Positions 1 to 9,349 are shown, numbered from the stretch's first letter. The stretch is DNA of 64,000 nucleotides from Nitrospinaceae bacterium (GCA_965237905.1 OZ250172.1:2912001-2976000); one strand, 5' to 3'. A program made the numbers and translations. Notes: generated by a model from the sequence alone, not told the origin.

Positions 1-403
1 TGGGTGACACTTGAATTGGCCGCCAAGGCAAAAAATACCTCTCGTCAGTTAAAGGCCAAAAGAAGGCAACGCCCAAGCCGCCATTAGTCATCGCATCTAA
101 AACAGAATGCGATAGCGTTGCGAACGTCAGCATAAAGAAGCCAACCAGCTTGGAGCAACTTAAATATTTGTTGAAAATAAGACCAAGAAAACCGATGAAG
201 AGGGCAAAAGTAATGGAATGGGTAAAACCTCGATGACCGAATTCCGAGGAATAGGCAATCCCCATATTAAACCCGATCACATCAAGATCGGGGATCATAG
301 ATGCAACACAACTATAAAATAGCAACTTTTTTGGAATCTTGCGTGATCCAACACCGAGCCTAAGGGATAGTGGGATCGCTACATGTGTAATTATGCTTGC
401 CAT
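1..403 (-). CDS. Metal-dependent membrane hydrolase, YbcI/DUF457-like (3' end runs off window; not in ORF track)
   Basis: Manual translation from ATG at 403: MASIITHVAIPL...SMIPDLDVIGF...FGHRGFTHSI...SHSVLDAMTNGGLGVAFFWPLTDERYFLPWRPIQVSP. The PDLD, HRGFTHS and HxxLD motifs are typical of the family. Confidence 0.85.
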   Translation of the reverse strand, partial: MASIITHVAIPLSLRLGVGSRKIPKKLLFYSCVASMIPDLDVIGFNMGIAYSSEFGHRGFTHSITFALFIGFLGLIFNKYLSCSKLVGFFMLTFATLSHSVLDAMTNGGLGVAFFWPLTDERYFLPWRPIQVSP

Positions 404-511
404 CGTTATATGCCATTGAGGAATTAAATGAAAAACGTAGTGACAGTGCAGACGTGGGAACGTCTACCAAATGTCTATCGGGAGGAAGGCCGAGAACTCC
501 AAGTGATTAAA

Positions 512-560
512 AAATGGTCGGAGCGAGCACACGAGTGCGACGGATTTGAACCTCCGACCC
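512..560 (-). repeat. Direct repeat of the tRNA-Pro 3' end (att-like), interrupted by a 14-nt insertion
   Basis: 512-527 is identical to 1051-1066, and 542-560 is identical to 1068-1086. CACACGAGTGCGAC (528-541) replaces the single A at 1067. Confidence 0.9.
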
Positions 561-574
561 GGTTGAACAATTTG

Positions 575-1027
575 TTAGAGCAGGTCGTAAATGTAGTGGT
601 GGATTAAGAGCAGACTGACTGACACTAAGACTACGAGTCCGTGCGGCAATATGACGACAGGATAGCATAGAACCTTTACCAAGGACTGTTCCTTATATCC
701 TGACCACCATCTTTCGAATATCTGTAGCGGAACGATACCATTCTCACTCCCGCTGCGAAAATGAGCCTCGATTTCTTCGATCCGTTTGCGATTTGCGTAC
801 TGATACGTTCGCCATAGCCCGTCGATAACCCAAAACATTACGGCAACAACGCCCGCCATAGCCCAGATCGCTGGATTCCCCTTTTCAAAGCCCAGTGCCA
901 ATCCGGCAACTGCGACGGTCACGGACCACCCTTTGATCAACAAGGCACGACGATCGAAGTCTTCGTAGAATCCCTGAAGGAGCAAATACTCGTCCTTGAG
1001 GAATTTGTCTCTTTGATCTGCGTTCAT
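575..1027 (-). CDS. Small multi-pass membrane protein (hypothetical; IKGWS...FWxxD type)
   Basis: 150-aa ORF with AGGAG RBS, two adjacent hydrophobic helices and a C-terminal helix. It sits between tRNA-Pro and the repeated tRNA end. Confidence 0.75.
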   Translation of the reverse strand: MNADQRDKFLKDEYLLLQGFYEDFDRRALLIKGWSVTVAVAGLALGFEKGNPAIWAMAGVVAVMFWVIDGLWRTYQYANRKRIEEIEAHFRSGSENGIVPLQIFERWWSGYKEQSLVKVLCYPVVILPHGLVVLVSVSLLLIHHYIYDLL

Positions 1028-1053
1028 GGCTCCTATGAGATGGTCAAAATAAA

Positions 1054-1131
1054 TGGTCGGAGCGAGAGGATTTGAACCTCCGACCCCTACACCCCCAGTG
1101 TAGTGCGCTAACCAGGCTGCGCTACGCTCCG
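1054..1131 (-). tRNA. tRNA-Pro(GGG)
   Basis: Reverse complement CGGAGCGTAGCGCAGCCTGGTTAGCGCACTACACTGGGGGTGTAGGGGTCGGAGGTTCAAATCCTCTCGCTCCGACCA folds as a cloverleaf with anticodon GGG and encoded CCA. Confidence 0.97.
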
Positions 1132-1419
1132 ATATTTTTTAATCCCTGGCTGACCTTGAAACGGGCTCGGATAAAGTCAATGATAACATGCTCTTTGGCA
1201 TGTTGGCTTTGCCGTGTAAACTCCGCGCAACTCGGGTGGAAAATTCAAAATAGAGGATTCGCTACCGGAAGTCAACCGCTTATCCGCGAGCCCCCCAGCC
1301 GCCGTTACATTTTGCTTGAAGCCTTGGGCCACTGTGATAGAATCCGCTGATCTCTATGATTTTTAAGGGAATTACAGCCCTCTCACCGGCAATCGTTCAT
1401 CGGAAGGATTTCAATTTTT

Positions 1420-1737
1420 ATGAAAGTCGTCAACGTCATTGATCAGGTGCAATTTAAATCCGAGAAAATGAACAAGGTCAGCCTTTTCGATTCGGACCGG
1501 TTTTTTTGTGATGTATACTGTCTCGAACCCGGCCAGGTCCAAAAAGTGCATGCCCACGAGGGGTCGGACAAGATATATTATTTGCTGGAAGGGAAGGGCC
1601 AAATCACCGTCGGGTCCGAAGAGAAGGAACTGACGGCGGGGGAGATCACACTGGCTCCTTCGGGAGAAGTCCACGGGGTGGTCAACCATACGCAGGAGCC
1701 TTTGGTCATCCTGGTGTTTATGGCGCCCAAACCCTAA
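1420..1737 (+). CDS. Cupin-domain protein
   Basis: Cupin motifs HAHEGSDKIYYLLEG and PSGEVHGVVN. Confidence 0.88.
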   Translation: MKVVNVIDQVQFKSEKMNKVSLFDSDRFFCDVYCLEPGQVQKVHAHEGSDKIYYLLEGKGQITVGSEEKELTAGEITLAPSGEVHGVVNHTQEPLVILVFMAPKP

Positions 1738-1793
1738 TAATTATTTTTGATACTTTTTCCCAGCCCACTCCGGGTTGATTCAGGGAACTTATA

Positions 1794-3569
1794 ATGATTT
1801 ATCTGGTTTTTCCATCGTCCTGGCATCCGTCTCAGCCTTATTTGAGCCTGCCGGCTTTGAAGGGATTCCTGCATCAGCACGGGATCACCGACGTGGTGCA
1901 GAGAGACCTCGCCATCGAGCTGTTGGATCATCTGTGCTCTTGGGAAAATACTCAGCCGCTGTACGACCGCATTCTGAAGGATCTCCATCAGCTCGGCTCC
2001 AAACCCTTTCTCACCGATATTGAAAAAGAGAAGTTCGAAAAATTGCGCGAGGCGGAAGAAATTATTCCGGCCCTGAAAGATCAGATCGACGGCGCCAAAA
2101 CGATTCTGCGCACGGAAGAGTTCTACCAGGTCGACCGCTACATGGAAGCTCTGAAAATCATCGACGTCTGGCTGGACAACATTCTGGCTTCCTATTATCC
2201 CTCCCAGTTGACCGTGATCGGCAGTCAGTTGCGATTTTCCCCTTACTCCACTCAGGAAATACTCGATTCATTCAAGCATCCGGAAGAAAATTTCTTTTAC
2301 GATTTGTACAAACAGCATTACGTTCCTGATATTCTCAAAGAGGATATCGACATCCTGGGAATCTCCATCACCTCCGTCGAGCAAATCATTCCCGGCCTGA
2401 CCCTGGCGCACCTTATCAAAGAAGCCCGGCCGGAAATCCATATCACCGTGGGCGGCAGTGTGTTCACCAAGCTGGTGGACGTCCTCGAAAAAGGTTCGCC
2501 GCTATTTAATTTTGTCGACAGTTTTATCGTTCACGAAGGCGAAACGCCTCTGCTCCGGTTGGTGGAACATTTGCGAGGGGATGGCGACCTGTCGGAGGTG
2601 CCGAATCTGGTGTATCGGGATAACGGTGTTGTGAAGGTAAACCGACCCTTCGCCAAGGAAGAGTTGAACGCTTTGCCGACACCGGATTTCGACGGCATTC
2701 CCTTCGATTTGTATCTGACGCCGGAGAGGGTCCTGCCCATCATGGGATCGCGCGGGTGCTATTGGGAAAAATGCGCGTTCTGTTCGATTCCGTTCGACCA
2801 CATGGATTTCCATGTACGCTATGCGGAAACGGTGGTGCAGGATTTCAAGAACCTGAAAGAGAAGTACGGATGCAATTACTTTTTCTTCACCGATGAAGCG
2901 CTTCCCATCAATTTCCTGAAAACATTTTCCGAAAAACTGATCGAGCAGGAGGTCGATGTCCAGTGGACCGGCGAGCTCAAATTCGAGAAAAGCCTGTTAC
3001 GCGACAACCGCATGGAAACACTGTACAAGTCGGGTTGCCGCAAATTGATTTTCGGGTTGGAATCGTACAATCAGCGGGTACTGGATGCGATGAAAAAAGG
3101 CTGTCCCAAGGAAGTCATCGACAAAACGGTCGAAGAGTGTATCCGCATCGGCATCGCCATGCATTTTTATATTCTGGTCGGGTTTCCCACCGAAACGCGG
3201 GATGAGGTCATGGATTCCGTAAACTTCGTGATGGACAGCCAGGCCATTCTCGATTCTCCGGGTTTTTCATGCATCGCCTCGCAGTTCGACCTGGAAAAGG
3301 GAACGCCCCTCGCCAAGGACCCGGGCCAGTGGGGCGTGTACGACTTGAGTAACCCCCCTGAACATGATTTGTCTTTGGGATTTTCCTATAAGATTAAGGA
3401 AGGGCTGAACGCAGAACAGGCGACAGAAGTCTATCAGGAAGTAGTGCAGAAAATCAGTCGCGAAGTCATGACCTTTCCCCACAACTATTCCCTGGCCGAC
3501 GGACTTCTCTACCTCGGTTACCACGAAAGAGAAAACATCCAGGAACGCATCTCCGCCCTGTCCGCTTAA
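1794..3569 (+). CDS. B12-binding radical SAM protein
   Basis: SRGCYWEKCAFC (CxxxCxxC); N-terminal PYLSLPALK and ITVGG...HEGE cobalamin-binding-type segments; FGLES motif. Confidence 0.9.
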   Translation: MIYLVFPSSWHPSQPYLSLPALKGFLHQHGITDVVQRDLAIELLDHLCSWENTQPLYDRILKDLHQLGSKPFLTDIEKEKFEKLREAEEIIPALKDQIDGAKTILRTEEFYQVDRYMEALKIIDVWLDNILASYYPSQLTVIGSQLRFSPYSTQEILDSFKHPEENFFYDLYKQHYVPDILKEDIDILGISITSVEQIIPGLTLAHLIKEARPEIHITVGGSVFTKLVDVLEKGSPLFNFVDSFIVHEGETPLLRLVEHLRGDGDLSEVPNLVYRDNGVVKVNRPFAKEELNALPTPDFDGIPFDLYLTPERVLPIMGSRGCYWEKCAFCSIPFDHMDFHVRYAETVVQDFKNLKEKYGCNYFFFTDEALPINFLKTFSEKLIEQEVDVQWTGELKFEKSLLRDNRMETLYKSGCRKLIFGLESYNQRVLDAMKKGCPKEVIDKTVEECIRIGIAMHFYILVGFPTETRDEVMDSVNFVMDSQAILDSPGFSCIASQFDLEKGTPLAKDPGQWGVYDLSNPPEHDLSLGFSYKIKEGLNAEQATEVYQEVVQKISREVMTFPHNYSLADGLLYLGYHERENIQERISALSA

Positions 3570-3640
3570 AGGTGAACCCTAGCCAACCCCTGTGTATTCG
3601 AAAAGCCGATCACTTATAATTTGAGCTGAACTGATGGTCC

Positions 3641-3808
3641 TCAGTAGCCGTCACCGCTGGATCCGGACCCTTCGCGTTTTTTCGAGGTTTCGGAATCCTT
3701 GGTTCCGGACGAGTCGGAATCTTTATACGAGTGCGAGCAGGCCGCGGCTCCCACGCACAGGCTCACCAGAAATACCACCATCAGTCCCCATCCTAATATC
3801 CGTTTCAT
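3641..3808 (-). CDS. 55-aa putative lipoprotein (not in ORF track)
   Basis: Manual translation MKRILGWGLMVVFLVSLCVGAAACSHSYKDSDSSGTKDSETSKKREGSGSSGDGY*. GGAGG RBS upstream; basic n-region, hydrophobic h-region and AAAC lipobox-like site. Confidence 0.75.
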   Translation of the reverse strand: MKRILGWGLMVVFLVSLCVGAAACSHSYKDSDSSGTKDSETSKKREGSGSSGDGY

Positions 3809-3884
3809 CGCTATCCTCCATGTTGCGGGTTTAGTTTAGCCTTATCGTCTAAGTCGCAGGCGGCACCGGAAACTTACAGACTCT

Positions 3885-4583
3885 TTAAAAATACCAGAAC
3901 AGGAAGAAGGGCAGGCCGAAGGTGAAGACCAACGCGAGGAGGTTCAATCCCTGCAGAATGAGCATTTGGTCGGTCAGGGTGGAGATGACGAACTCAACCC
4001 CGACTCTGCGGACCGCGCTTTCGATATCCGCCCGATCCAGATGATCCTTACCCTTTTTGTTCAGCTCCTCCATAACGTCGTCGAGGAAGATGAATTTGAG
4101 GACTTTCAAAATCGCACGGAAGAACAATCCCTTCATCCAATGGATGGGGCCGCCTTTCAGTTTCAGGTCATCCAGAAACTTTTTACCCATCTCGTCAAAC
4201 TTACGCGCCAACTCTTCTTTGGGGATGCTTTTATTGACGTTCGGGTAATTGGAAAGAACTCCGCTTACCAGAATGTCCAGCAAGTCATGCAGGCCGCCCA
4301 CCATTTGCCGGAACTTGCCGCGTGCTGTTTCGATGATGCTGGCAATGACGCCATGAATCGGCCCCCACAGTCCATACCAGAGGAGGGCGGTGATCAACAC
4401 CAGCCATTGTAACCAGCCGCTCCAGTCAGCCTCCCAGATATAAATTTCTTTCAGGGAATAGATACCAATCATTCCAACAGCGAAGCCCACGGCGCTGAAC
4501 AAAAGCAGGTTCACGAACGTTCCGATCAACAGGTCCGCGAAAAACTTTTGCCAGTAGCTGAGAACTTGATTTTTATCCGTCAT
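3885..4583 (-). CDS. Hypothetical membrane protein, coupled to the RND gene
   Basis: 232-aa ORF with several hydrophobic helices; start overlaps the RND stop by 4 nt. Confidence 0.75.
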   Translation of the reverse strand: MTDKNQVLSYWQKFFADLLIGTFVNLLLFSAVGFAVGMIGIYSLKEIYIWEADWSGWLQWLVLITALLWYGLWGPIHGVIASIIETARGKFRQMVGGLHDLLDILVSGVLSNYPNVNKSIPKEELARKFDEMGKKFLDDLKLKGGPIHWMKGLFFRAILKVLKFIFLDDVMEELNKKGKDHLDRADIESAVRRVGVEFVISTLTDQMLILQGLNLLALVFTFGLPFFLFWYF

Positions 4584-7500
4584 AACGTCCTTGGGTTTCG
4601 TGTCAGGATTTCAGCTTCTTCCTGGGCCGAAACGGGTGGTTGGTTTCGGGCTGGGGTGGGGGCAACCGGCGTGCTGGGACCGGCCCTCATACCAAAACTC
4701 AGATTCAACAGGCAGGGAATGAGTACAAGCGTAAAGATCGTGCTGAAGAACAGCCCCGATAAAATGACCACACCGATACCACGATAGATTTCACTGCCGG
4801 CGCCGGGGATCACCACCAGCGGCATCAGGCCGAAGATGCTGGTGAACGTGCTCATGAAAATCGGCCGAATGCGGTTGCGCACGCTTTCCAGAATGGCATC
4901 CCGGTAAAACATGCCGTCTTCTCGAATGTGCAACAGAGTCTGGTAGATAATCAGGATGGCGTTGTTCACCACCACTCCGATCAGAATGATAAAACCCAGC
5001 ATGGTCAACACGTCGAGCGGTTGATTGACCCTCAGGTTCAATGCCCACAGGCCGACCACACCGCCGACCGCCGCCATCGGCACGCTCAGCATGATGATCA
5101 GTGGGAATCCCCAGTGCTGGAAGAGTACCGCCAGTAGAAGGTAAGTGATGATGATCGCCAGAATAAAATTGTCCGACATGGCGTCGCGGGTTTTCTCCAG
5201 CTTGTCCGCGTTGCCCGTCAGGTTGATGGAATACTCGCCGGACAGGGTGCCGTCGTCCTTCAACGGTTGGATAATCTGATTTTTGACCAGATCAATTCCC
5301 TCTTCCAGTGCCATATGGTTGGGCGGACTGATCTCCAGAGTCACCGACCGCTTGCGTTCGAAATGCCGGATTTCTTCGGAGCTCACCGTCTCGGTCATCT
5401 CCGCGACATTGATCAACGGCACCGCCCGGCCTTTTTTCGTATAAAGAATCATTTCGGGAATATCCTGCGTCCGCTTGACATCCTGCTCCCGGCTTTGCAG
5501 GATGAGGTCGATGCCCTCGCGCGGCATGTAGGGTACTTGAATTTTGTCCGGATTGAGAAAAACTTCATCGGCATAAACTCCGTCCACCAGGGCCGCCACC
5601 GAATATCCCAGTTCAAACACGTCGATATCCAATTCGGCGATCGACTGCCAGCGTGGTTGAATCCGAATCTGCGGTTGACCCAGTTCGATCCCGGGTTTGG
5701 GGCGGACTTTGGAACCCGGCATGATATCTTTAAGTTTGAAAAAAGAGTTCCGGGCGATCTCGGTAATTTTAACCAGGTCCGGTCCCATGATGTTCATTTC
5801 AATACCGCGTGACCCACTGAAGGCGCTGGAGAACAAAGACAATTGCCGGGTGATGGCGATCATCCCCGGAACTTTGACCAATTCCTTTTCCAGAACCGGG
5901 ATCAACTCCCCGGCGCGCTCCGGGTCTTTCGCTTTCACGATGGTGAACAGGCGGCCGCGGCTGCCGATAAACAGGAAATTACGCACCGCCGGACCTTCCA
6001 GTTTTTTTTCTTCCGGGCTTCCCGGCAGGGCTTCCCAGTAGGCCTGGTAGTTCTTTTCCATCTCGCTGCCAATGCGGTGCATCTCGTTGATGTTATATCC
6101 CTGCGGCGGAATCATCATGCCGATGATCACGTTCTGATCGCCTTCTGGCAGGTATTCCGTTTTGGGTATCATGAACCAAGCCCCAATTAACGGGACAAGG
6201 GTGAGGAGCAGAATGAGTGTGCCTTGGATGAATGGAAATTGAAAAATCCATTTCAGTCCACCCACCACACTGCGATTGAACGCGGTCGCAAGCGGCACCA
6301 AGCCGAACACGTTCCGAAAAACGGTTTTTATCATGCCGCTCGATGTGGCGTGCATTTCTTCAAAATGTAACAGTTTCCGCGCCAGGGCGGGTATGACCAG
6401 TATGCTGACGATCATCGAGAGGGTCACGGCGGAACAGATAGCGACAGCGATGTCCTGGAACAGTTGACCGACTTCCTCTTCAATAAACAGGATGGGGATG
6501 AACACAGCCAGAGTAGTCAGGGTGCTTGCGAAAATGGCGCCCCAGACTTCGCGGGCTCCGTCATGCGCGGCGGTCAAGGTGTCTTTGCCCATCTGCCGAT
6601 GGCGGTAAATATTTTCCAAAACGATGATGGAGGCATCCACCACCATGCCCACCGCAAATGCCATGCCTGCCAGCATGATGACATTGATCGTTCGCCCCAT
6701 GAGGGTGATGATCAAAAAAGAACCGATCACGCTGATGGGGATGGCCAGGGCGATCACCAGGGTGCTGTAAAAACTTCTCAAAAACAGAAGTAGAATTACA
6801 ATGGCCATGGTTCCGCCCACGATCAGGTTGAAGGTCACTATGTCAATGGAACGCGAAATGTATTCGGTCTTGTCTGCCGTTTGCGCGAGGTGAAGGCCCA
6901 TGGGATGGAGCAGGTTCTCATTCATGTCGGCCACGACGCCTTTGATTTCCTTCATCACCTCGATGATGTTGGAACCGATTTCCCGGCGGGTGTTGACGGC
7001 GATCCCCGGCAGTCCGTTGTGCCGAACATAGTCTCTCAGCTCATCGTAATCGACTTTAACTTCTGCCACGTCTTTGACGTAAACCGGGCGGCCCCCGATA
7101 TGGGTCACGATAGTTTGTTCGATATCTTTCGGGCTTTTGAATTCTCCGGTAGTGCGGATGATATAACGCCGTTTACCCTCATCAAAATCTCCGCCACTTA
7201 CATTGCGGTTCTGCTTGCGGAGCGCTTCCCGCAACTGAAAAATGCCGATGCCCCTCTCCGCCAAAGCATGCGGGTCGAACAGGACCTGCAACTCCAGCGG
7301 ACTGCCCCCGAACACCGAGCTGTCGGACACACCGGGTATCCGTTCGAACCGCGCTTTGATGAAGTCTTCCGCGAAATCCCGGTAATGGTAAACGTTGATC
7401 TCGTTTTCCTTGCCCGGAAGCGGTGACAGGACGAACCAGCCGATCGGCCGATCCGAAATATTGGTGGTTTTTATGATGGGCTCATCCGCATCTTCAGGAT

Positions 7501-7852
7501 AAGTGGGCACTTGGTTCAAGGCATTCGCGGTGCGGACCAGCGCATCCTGTAGGTTGGTGCCCACCTGAAACTCGAGGTACACGTCCCCGATACCCGTCTT
7601 GGAGGTACTTTCCATTTCCACCAGGCCTATGATGGATTTCAGGTGTTGTTCCTGTTCGTCGATGATTTCCCGTTCGATCTCCTCCGGGCTGGCACCGGGC
7701 CAGGTGGTGCGAATGCTCAGTTCCGGCTGGCTGATTTCGGGTGTCAGTTGAACGGGAATGTGGAGCAGGGACATGATGCCGAACATGAGGATCAGGATCA
7801 CCCCCACCGCGACGGTGACTCCGTATTTGAGCGATTGTTCGACCAGTTTCAT
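4580..7852 (-). CDS. RND efflux permease (AcrB/AcrD/AcrF family)
   Basis: 1090 aa; WPGASPEEIE, GMVVDASIIVLENI, GVVVNNAILI and RIRPIFMST motifs. Confidence 0.95.
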   Translation of the reverse strand: MKLVEQSLKYGVTVAVGVILILMFGIMSLLHIPVQLTPEISQPELSIRTTWPGASPEEIEREIIDEQEQHLKSIIGLVEMESTSKTGIGDVYLEFQVGTNLQDALVRTANALNQVPTYPEDADEPIIKTTNISDRPIGWFVLSPLPGKENEINVYHYRDFAEDFIKARFERIPGVSDSSVFGGSPLELQVLFDPHALAERGIGIFQLREALRKQNRNVSGGDFDEGKRRYIIRTTGEFKSPKDIEQTIVTHIGGRPVYVKDVAEVKVDYDELRDYVRHNGLPGIAVNTRREIGSNIIEVMKEIKGVVADMNENLLHPMGLHLAQTADKTEYISRSIDIVTFNLIVGGTMAIVILLLFLRSFYSTLVIALAIPISVIGSFLIITLMGRTINVIMLAGMAFAVGMVVDASIIVLENIYRHRQMGKDTLTAAHDGAREVWGAIFASTLTTLAVFIPILFIEEEVGQLFQDIAVAICSAVTLSMIVSILVIPALARKLLHFEEMHATSSGMIKTVFRNVFGLVPLATAFNRSVVGGLKWIFQFPFIQGTLILLLTLVPLIGAWFMIPKTEYLPEGDQNVIIGMMIPPQGYNINEMHRIGSEMEKNYQAYWEALPGSPEEKKLEGPAVRNFLFIGSRGRLFTIVKAKDPERAGELIPVLEKELVKVPGMIAITRQLSLFSSAFSGSRGIEMNIMGPDLVKITEIARNSFFKLKDIMPGSKVRPKPGIELGQPQIRIQPRWQSIAELDIDVFELGYSVAALVDGVYADEVFLNPDKIQVPYMPREGIDLILQSREQDVKRTQDIPEMILYTKKGRAVPLINVAEMTETVSSEEIRHFERKRSVTLEISPPNHMALEEGIDLVKNQIIQPLKDDGTLSGEYSINLTGNADKLEKTRDAMSDNFILAIIITYLLLAVLFQHWGFPLIIMLSVPMAAVGGVVGLWALNLRVNQPLDVLTMLGFIILIGVVVNNAILIIYQTLLHIREDGMFYRDAILESVRNRIRPIFMSTFTSIFGLMPLVVIPGAGSEIYRGIGVVILSGLFFSTIFTLVLIPCLLNLSFGMRAGPSTPVAPTPARNQPPVSAQEEAEILTRNPRTL

Positions 7853-7863
7853 GGAAATAAGCT

Positions 7864-9156
7864 TTATTGGATTTTGCTGGTGATTTTTACCTTCGAATCG
7901 GGTTTCAGACGTTCGTTGCCTTGCACGACCACCCAGTCTCCGGATTTAATTTTACGGCCCTTGAAATGAACAGCGATCAGACTTTTTTCCAGCCTCCCGG
8001 TTTGCACGACCACTTTGTGTATTTTCATAGTTTTGTCTTTGTCCTCGCGGACTACCCAGACCGCAGTTTCCCTGGGGGTGCGGACGATCGCGTCTTTGGG
8101 CACAAACAGCGTTTTGCATTTTTTCTTGCCCGGTTTCAATTCCACCCGGACCAGCATGCCCGGTGCCAGTTGGGAGTTGGTTTTTGTAATCTTGATGCGT
8201 ACCGGAAAGGTCCGGGATACCGGATCACCGGAGCGGATTTTTTCGATCACCGTTCCTTTGAAGGTCTGACCACCAGTGTGGTTTTCGTACGACCCCAGTA
8301 TAACCTTGGCCGCTGATCCGATTTCAATAAGATTGAATTGGAATTGCGGCACATGGATTTCCACCTTGAGGGGTTTGGCCTGGATCATGGAAACGGCTGG
8401 ATCTCCCTGTTCCAACCATTGGCCGACCTCGGTTTCTTTTTTGACGATATACCCGTGAAACGGAGCGAATATCGTTGCACGGTTGATATTATCCTGAATC
8501 ATCTGGATACGGGCCTCCGCAGCCTTGATATTGGCCTCCTCCTGTTTCATTTTTTCGGCACGAGGACCGGCAACGAGTTCGTTCAGCATGGACTGCTTCT
8601 CTTCCAGTTCCGCCCGGGCCGCCTGAGCTTGAGCGTCGGATTTATCAAACTCGTCGAGACTGAGTACTCCATCCTTATATAATTTTTTGATTCGCTTGAG
8701 TTCGCTCTCGGCCAGCCGGACCCTGGCCTTGGATTGTTCGACGGCGGATTTGGCCGCTGCGATGGTCTCGGGACGGGTGCCGGTGTTCAGTTCCTCAAGC
8801 CGCGCTTCAACCAGTTTTTTCTCGGCCCTCGCCAAGTCCCGCTGCATGATGAAGGGATCGATCCGAAGTTTGACCAAGGGAGTTCCTTTGCGCACGTATT
8901 GGCCCTCTTGGAACAGCAGTTTGTCCACTCGTCCGTCCACTTCGGAAGCCAGTTGAGTCGTGGCCCAAGCCTGCACCGTACCCGGATATTCAAACGAGGA
9001 ATGAGTGGATATTTCCTGTGCCTTCGCAACTCCTACGGGAACCACACGGTCCGTTTTTTTCTGAGCTTGGAGCGGGGAGAGTGAGCCTGAACCACCCAAG
9101 GCTATAACGGTGATAAGTACTATAAAGAATTGATTATTTAGGATTCTATATCTCAT
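7864..9156 (-). CDS. RND periplasmic adaptor (membrane fusion protein)
   Basis: Lipoyl-like halves (SEVDGRV...EGQYVRKG; APFHGYI...EVGQW), long coiled coil, and SRTFPVRI...PGMLV. Confidence 0.93.
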   Translation of the reverse strand: MRYRILNNQFFIVLITVIALGGSGSLSPLQAQKKTDRVVPVGVAKAQEISTHSSFEYPGTVQAWATTQLASEVDGRVDKLLFQEGQYVRKGTPLVKLRIDPFIMQRDLARAEKKLVEARLEELNTGTRPETIAAAKSAVEQSKARVRLAESELKRIKKLYKDGVLSLDEFDKSDAQAQAARAELEEKQSMLNELVAGPRAEKMKQEEANIKAAEARIQMIQDNINRATIFAPFHGYIVKKETEVGQWLEQGDPAVSMIQAKPLKVEIHVPQFQFNLIEIGSAAKVILGSYENHTGGQTFKGTVIEKIRSGDPVSRTFPVRIKITKTNSQLAPGMLVRVELKPGKKKCKTLFVPKDAIVRTPRETAVWVVREDKDKTMKIHKVVVQTGRLEKSLIAVHFKGRKIKSGDWVVVQGNERLKPDSKVKITSKIQ

Positions 9157-9349
9157 GTGTAACTTTAGATATTGAGGGTCTGCCTATCGTTCAACAGAGT
9201 TTCGCATTATGCCCAAGGATCGGTCTAAAAGCCAATGATTTCGTTAGTTAGCATATCGTATGGATTTTTCACATGCATTAACCATTTTTGCATTTAGCAA
9301 AGCGAAAGGCGGGGTTAGCAGAAATAAAAAGAAGGTGGAAAAGGTTGGG

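Noticed and set aside
1072..1350. 92-aa ORF beginning MNLRPLHPQCSALTRLRYAP
   Set aside because: Antisense translation of tRNA-Pro; a common spurious ORF.
3634..3834. 66-aa plus-strand ORF, or a possible structured RNA such as tmRNA
   Set aside because: The opposite strand gives a better gene (RBS + signal peptide), and no tmRNA ends were seen.
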